From Halogeometricum borinquense DSM 11551 (GTDB lineage: Archaea; Halobacteriota; Halobacteria; Halobacteriales; Haloferacaceae): a stretch of DNA of 32,000 nucleotides. Of the stretch, positions 28,257 through 32,000 are shown one piece after another (position 1 is the first letter of the stretch; every line of letters starts with the position of its first letter). The notes under the pieces were generated by a model. It saw only the letters and a program-made list of their open reading frames with translations. It searched no databases and was not told the origin of the DNA. The translations under genes were made by a program, and so were the position numbers. The stretch covers positions 1,470,001 to 1,502,000 of the forward strand of contig NC_014729.1 of assembly GCF_000172995.2 (NCBI RefSeq). Reading direction: 5' to 3'.

Positions 28257-28276
28257 GAATAATTTGCCCGACTCGG

Positions 28277-28867
28277 TCACTGATCGAGAAGCAATCCGAG
28301 GTAGGAGGTTCGAATCTGGTCGTCGGGATCGAGACCGAGGTCGCGGAGGACATCGAACGCTCCCTCCCGAACGGCGTCTATCTCCTCTTCCGTCGCCGTC
28401 TCCGCCTCGATCTCCACGAACTCTCCGAGGTCCGAGACCGCATCCAGCGTGACGGTGTAGCCATCGAGATGGTAGAACTCACGCTCCTTTTCGACTGTCT
28501 CAACGGGGCTGAACCCTAGCCCCGAGAGAATGCCCTCGGCACTCTCGGCATCGCTGACGACCATCTCGTGTTCGGTCCGCGTTTTCGACGCCGAGTCCAC
28601 GAGCGGTCCCTTGTACGTCATCTTCGTCGTTGTCGCTTTGTCCGCCTCGGCAGTTTCGCCCTCACCATCGGACTGGTTCGTCCCGTCCGAAACTCGCGTC
28701 TCGCGTCGGATTCGAAGGGCTTCGTCCGTCTCCGCGAAGTCCCGGTGGGGCGCGCCGTAGTAGGTGTCGATTTGCGTGACGCTCGCTTCGTGGACAGCGC
28801 CGGCATCGGTGAGTTGTGAGCGCACCGTTTCGTGGTCTGTCGGGAGTTTGACCTCGACTTCGTACAT
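28277..28867 (-). CDS. CYTH-domain protein (triphosphate tunnel metalloenzyme / class IV adenylate cyclase-like)
   Basis: The N-terminal ExExK motif is MYEVEVK. EALRIRRE, MTYKGP, RTEHE, VTLDAVSDLGEFVEIE and SYLGLL are also present. Confidence 0.8.
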   Translation of the reverse strand: MYEVEVKLPTDHETVRSQLTDAGAVHEASVTQIDTYYGAPHRDFAETDEALRIRRETRVSDGTNQSDGEGETAEADKATTTKMTYKGPLVDSASKTRTEHEMVVSDAESAEGILSGLGFSPVETVEKEREFYHLDGYTVTLDAVSDLGEFVEIEAETATEEEIDAVREGAFDVLRDLGLDPDDQIRTSYLGLLLDQ

Positions 28868-28964
28868 GCACGGAGGGTGTCAGTGCCGACCTAAAAGTAC
28901 GCGCTCTCTTTCTCGCCCTAATATATTGTCAAATGTCACCATTTAACATCTGTGCCTGTGTAGC

Positions 28965-29495
28965 ATGAAAAGTGATACCATGAGTGGAGAAATCCAAGAG
29001 CGAGACTCTGTCGGTGTTGATGAGACGTTAGAGCCGTTCGATATCCCGATCACCAGACACGTCGTCTCCGTCGCAATGCTCGGCGGACTCGCCGGGACGG
29101 TGTTGATGATGCCGATTCTGGTCGGAATCCCCGAACTTCTGGGTTTGTTCACGACGACACCCATCACGCAGTTCGCCGGGTTCGCACAGTTCTTCGGCCT
29201 TGAACCGACGTTAGCGCTCGGTATCTTCCTGTTCGGATTCGGTGGGACAGTGGTCCTTCCGTTGACGTTCCTCGTCCTCGGGGCGTTCCTCCCGCCGGAA
29301 TCGCCGCGGTATCTCCGCGGTGCGACGTTCGCAACGTTCTTCTGGACCGGATTCGTGCCAGCGTTCTGGCCGGATGCCGGTATCCTGACCATTGCGTCGT
29401 TCCTCGTCTTCTCCCTCCTCGCTCACTGGGTGTACGGCTTGACTCTCGGTGTGGTCATCCATCGAGTGACTGGGGTTCCGCAACACCAAGTGTGA
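28965..29495 (+). CDS. hypothetical integral membrane protein (about 4 TM helices)
   Basis: A 176-aa ORF with four long hydrophobic segments (for example VVSVAMLGGLAGTVLMMPILVGI and LALGIFLFGFGGTVVLPLTFLVLGAFL). It lies upstream of the cox genes. Confidence 0.6.
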   Translation: MKSDTMSGEIQERDSVGVDETLEPFDIPITRHVVSVAMLGGLAGTVLMMPILVGIPELLGLFTTTPITQFAGFAQFFGLEPTLALGIFLFGFGGTVVLPLTFLVLGAFLPPESPRYLRGATFATFFWTGFVPAFWPDAGILTIASFLVFSLLAHWVYGLTLGVVIHRVTGVPQHQV

Positions 29496-29501
29496 AAAGT
29501 A

Positions 29502-29607
29502 GTGTCGGATTCGTCCCCGTCGCCAGATTACATCTGGCGGGCAATCAGAACGCTTTGCGTTCTGATGACGCCCTAAAGCGCGGGGCTTTCTCCTTGCACT
29601 TCCGTAA
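29502..29607. mobile_element. orphan IS200/IS605-derived miniature element (LE-like flanks in reverse orientation plus the RE two-hairpin module)
   Basis: By hand alignment, 29519-29585 matches RE 20803-20869 at 56/67 positions. The reverse complement of 29569-29607 matches LE 19400-19438 at 35/39. The reverse complement of 29502-29518 matches LE 19439-19454. No ORF. Confidence 0.7.
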
Positions 29608-29722
29608 CCGACTCCATCGCTCACTCGTCTCCCACTTTGGCTCGTCTCTTTTTCTTCGATTCAGCGCTCTTATCCGCGAAATAGATAAGTACTATAAATA
29701 ATAATTAATGACATAGGTTACC

Positions 29723-30448
29723 ATGACCATAGTTACCATTGTCTGGGTGGCTGTCGCCGCCATCATCCAGTCCGGACTGGTTCCCCGCGGAACACGTGCG
29801 TACGTGTTTCAGAGCATCTACGACGTGTTCTTGATTCTCGGGGTACTGGTCGGCGTCATCGTCATCGGGTATATGCTGTACAATGCGTACAAGTACCGGG
29901 CGGGCGGGGGGAACGCGGCTGATGTGGACCGGCCCGTCCTCGGTGAAATTCCGACGGGCGGCGGTGGCGGCAAGAAACTGTTTACGTCGTTCATTTTGAG
30001 CATGATCATCGTCATCTCGCTTATTTCGTGGACGTACGGGACGCTGCTATTCGTTGAGGAAGGGCCGCAACCCGAGGAGACGATGGAAGTTCGCGTCGAG
30101 GGCTACCAGTTCGGATGGCGATTTGTCTACCCGAACGGCTACACGCAGGACGGCGTTCTTCGGGTTCCGCAGAACGAGTCCGTCCGCTTGGTCGTCACCT
30201 CCGACGACGTGTATCACAACTTCGGCGTTCCCGAGTTGCGAGTGAAGACGGATGCCATTCCCGGACAGCAGACGGATACCTGGTTCCGTGCGACGGAGAC
30301 GGGCAACTACAGCGCCCAGTGTTACGAACTCTGCGGGTCCGGCCATTCGTTTATGACGGCGACAGTTGTGGTAATGGAACCTGACGAGTACGAATCGTGG
30401 TACGAGAGCACGCAACCGAACACGACAACGGAGAACGCATCAGCATGA
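29723..30448 (+). CDS. coxB: cytochrome c oxidase subunit II (CuA subunit)
   Basis: Two N-terminal TM helices. The cupredoxin domain has VYHNFGVPELRVKTDAIPG and the CuA motif CYELCGSGHSFM. Confidence 0.9.
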   Translation: MTIVTIVWVAVAAIIQSGLVPRGTRAYVFQSIYDVFLILGVLVGVIVIGYMLYNAYKYRAGGGNAADVDRPVLGEIPTGGGGGKKLFTSFILSMIIVISLISWTYGTLLFVEEGPQPEETMEVRVEGYQFGWRFVYPNGYTQDGVLRVPQNESVRLVVTSDDVYHNFGVPELRVKTDAIPGQQTDTWFRATETGNYSAQCYELCGSGHSFMTATVVVMEPDEYESWYESTQPNTTTENASA

Positions 30449-32000
30449 GCGACGAGACACCGGAGAACGAGCACAGCAACCACACGACCGACGAGGATAC
30501 GTCCTCGTCCGACCCGCGGTCTGACGGGGGACAGACAGGAGAGGCAACTGCATCTACCATCGGAAGCGAACTGACTGTCCCGGCAACGACAGACGATTAT
30601 CCCACCGAATCGGCCTCGGAGTTCCCCGGGATGGGGAGCATTCGTCGGTGGTTCGTTACGACGAACCACAAAGACGTTGGCATCCTCTACATCGTCACGT
30701 CGCTTTTCTTCTTGGTCCTTGGCGGCGTTCTCGCGTGGTTACTACGCATCCAACTGTGGGCACCGCGTACGCCGACAACGACAGTTCTGGGACCGATGGC
30801 GTACAATCAGGCCGTCTCGGCACACGGCCTCATCATGGTGTTTTGGTTCCTCTCTCCGTTCGCGTTCGGCTTTGCAAACTACATTGTTCCGCTCCAGATT
30901 GGGGCGAAAGACCTCGCATTCCCCCGACTCAACGCGCTCTCGTACTGGCTTTATCTCTTCTCGGGAATTCTGTTCGGCGTCTCCTTCTTCCAAGGCGGAA
31001 CGTTCTCCGGCGGATGGACGATGTACGCCCCGTTGAACGTCCCCACGTTCACACCGGATGTGGGGGCCAGTACAGCGGTGCTGGCGCTCGTCCTGTTCGT
31101 CGCCTCGGTAACCGTCTCCTCGGTCAACTTCCTCACGACGATGCACAAAATGCGGGCCGAAGGGTTGACACTCCGCAGACTGCCGCTTTTCACGTGGTCT
31201 ATCCTGTTGACCGTCTGGATGATGCTGTTCGCGTTCGCCGCCCTCCTCGCCGCACTCATCATTCTTTCGTCTGACCGACTGCTGGGAACGACCTACTTCG
31301 CGCTTGAGTCGCCCGCCGGGTCGATGCTGTGGGCGCACCTGTTCTGGTTCTTCGGCCACCCCGAGGTGTACATCGTGTTCTTCCCCGCGTTGGGTGTGAT
31401 GGCCGAGGTGTTCCAGACGTTCACCGGTCGCCGCATCGTCGGCCGCAAGTGGTTCATCGCCGCGATGGTGCTGGTTGCGCTCCAGAGTTTCGTCGTCTGG
31501 ATGCACCACATGTTCTTGACGACGATCAACCTCGAAATTAAGACGCTCTTTATGATCACCACCATCGGCATCTCCCTCCCGTTCGACCTGATGGTGTTCG
31601 CGCTCATCTACACGCTGCTGAAGGGGAAGATTCGCTTTACCACGCCGTTCCTGTTCGTGTTCGGCGCACTCCTCCTGTTCATTATCGGTGGCATTACTGG
31701 TGTCTTCCTCGGCGCTATCGTCTTAGACTACGAGTTCCGCGGGACGTACTGGGTCGTCGCCCACTTCCACTACGTGATGGTCGGCGGGGTCACTGCGCTC
31801 ATCGGTGGGCTGTACTACTGGTTCCCGAAGATTACCGGGCGGATGTACGACGAGTTCCTCGGGAAACTTCACTTCGGAATCTACTTCGTCGGCTTCAACC
31901 TGCTGTACTTCCCGCTTTTCGTCGCGTGGGAGACGCCACGCCGCGTATTCGACTACTCGGCCGGGCTTCAGATCTGGCACCAACTCGCCACTGTCGGCGG
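30445..32000 (+). CDS. coxA: cytochrome c oxidase subunit I (heme-copper oxidase), 3' end outside window
   Basis: Not in the ORF track (no stop in window). I translated frame 1 from the ATG at 30445 (ATGA overlap with the coxB stop) to nt 32000 and found no stop. Signatures: WFVTTNHKDVGILY, WFFGHPEVYIVFFP, WMHHMF and VVAHFHYVMVGG. Confidence 0.9.
   Translation, partial: MSDETPENEHSNHTTDEDTSSSDPRSDGGQTGEATASTIGSELTVPATTDDYPTESASEFPGMGSIRRWFVTTNHKDVGILYIVTSLFFLVLGGVLAWLLRIQLWAPRTPTTTVLGPMAYNQAVSAHGLIMVFWFLSPFAFGFANYIVPLQIGAKDLAFPRLNALSYWLYLFSGILFGVSFFQGGTFSGGWTMYAPLNVPTFTPDVGASTAVLALVLFVASVTVSSVNFLTTMHKMRAEGLTLRRLPLFTWSILLTVWMMLFAFAALLAALIILSSDRLLGTTYFALESPAGSMLWAHLFWFFGHPEVYIVFFPALGVMAEVFQTFTGRRIVGRKWFIAAMVLVALQSFVVWMHHMFLTTINLEIKTLFMITTIGISLPFDLMVFALIYTLLKGKIRFTTPFLFVFGALLLFIIGGITGVFLGAIVLDYEFRGTYWVVAHFHYVMVGGVTALIGGLYYWFPKITGRMYDEFLGKLHFGIYFVGFNLLYFPLFVAWETPRRVFDYSAGLQIWHQLATVG

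Noticed and set aside
29712-29739. Direct repeat cataggttaccat / catagttaccat straddling the coxB start codon.
   Set aside because: It is short and imperfect, in an AT-rich promoter/start region. The second copy is simply the coding sequence (TIVTI), and I see no evidence for an alternative start or a regulatory role.
30648-31509. ORF-track entries 30648..31274 (+), 30677..31036 (+) and 30742..31509 (-).
   Set aside because: All overlap the open frame-1 coxA reading frame, which carries the canonical heme-copper oxidase motifs. These are out-of-frame or antisense artefacts.

Overview
GC-rich haloarchaeal (class Halobacteria) chromosomal DNA, judged from strongly acidic proteins, a twin-arginine lipoprotein signal, TATA-like boxes about 25-30 nt upstream of start codons, and archaeal-type SAM synthetase and DacZ. 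I support about 27 protein genes. No rRNA, foldable tRNA or CRISPR array was found. Most of the window (4.9-32 kb) is housekeeping: dacZ-mscS, a PAS histidine kinase, purD, an S9 prolyl oligopeptidase, a Tat beta-propeller lipoprotein, a DUF255 thioredoxin-fold protein, cysK, thiI, a solA-like oxidase, ppk1, archaeal SAM synthetase, a CYTH protein and coxB-coxA. Two ORFs run off the window. The methyltransferase at the left edge is open to nt 1. coxA (30445 to the right edge) is absent from the ORF track because it has no in-window stop. The most interesting part is the lower-GC accessory island at 1-4.9 kb. It holds a very large Eco57I/type IIG- or PglX-like N6-adenine methyltransferase whose post-NPPY half and target-recognition region form a roughly 1.3 kb AT-rich foreign cassette. 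Twelve nt away, convergently, lies an HsdR-N-type PD-(D/E)xK protein fused through an acidic linker to a C-terminal domain I cannot assign. This is my best candidate for an uncharacterised restriction/defence module, and it may continue left of the window. The second item is an IS200/IS605 (IS1341-type, TnpB-only) element at 19404-20879 with IS608-like end geometry and a structured omega-RNA region. A 106-nt orphan derivative at 29502-29607 mixes LE-like flanks with the RE two-hairpin module and shows a compensatory base-pair change. Smaller observations are listed separately.
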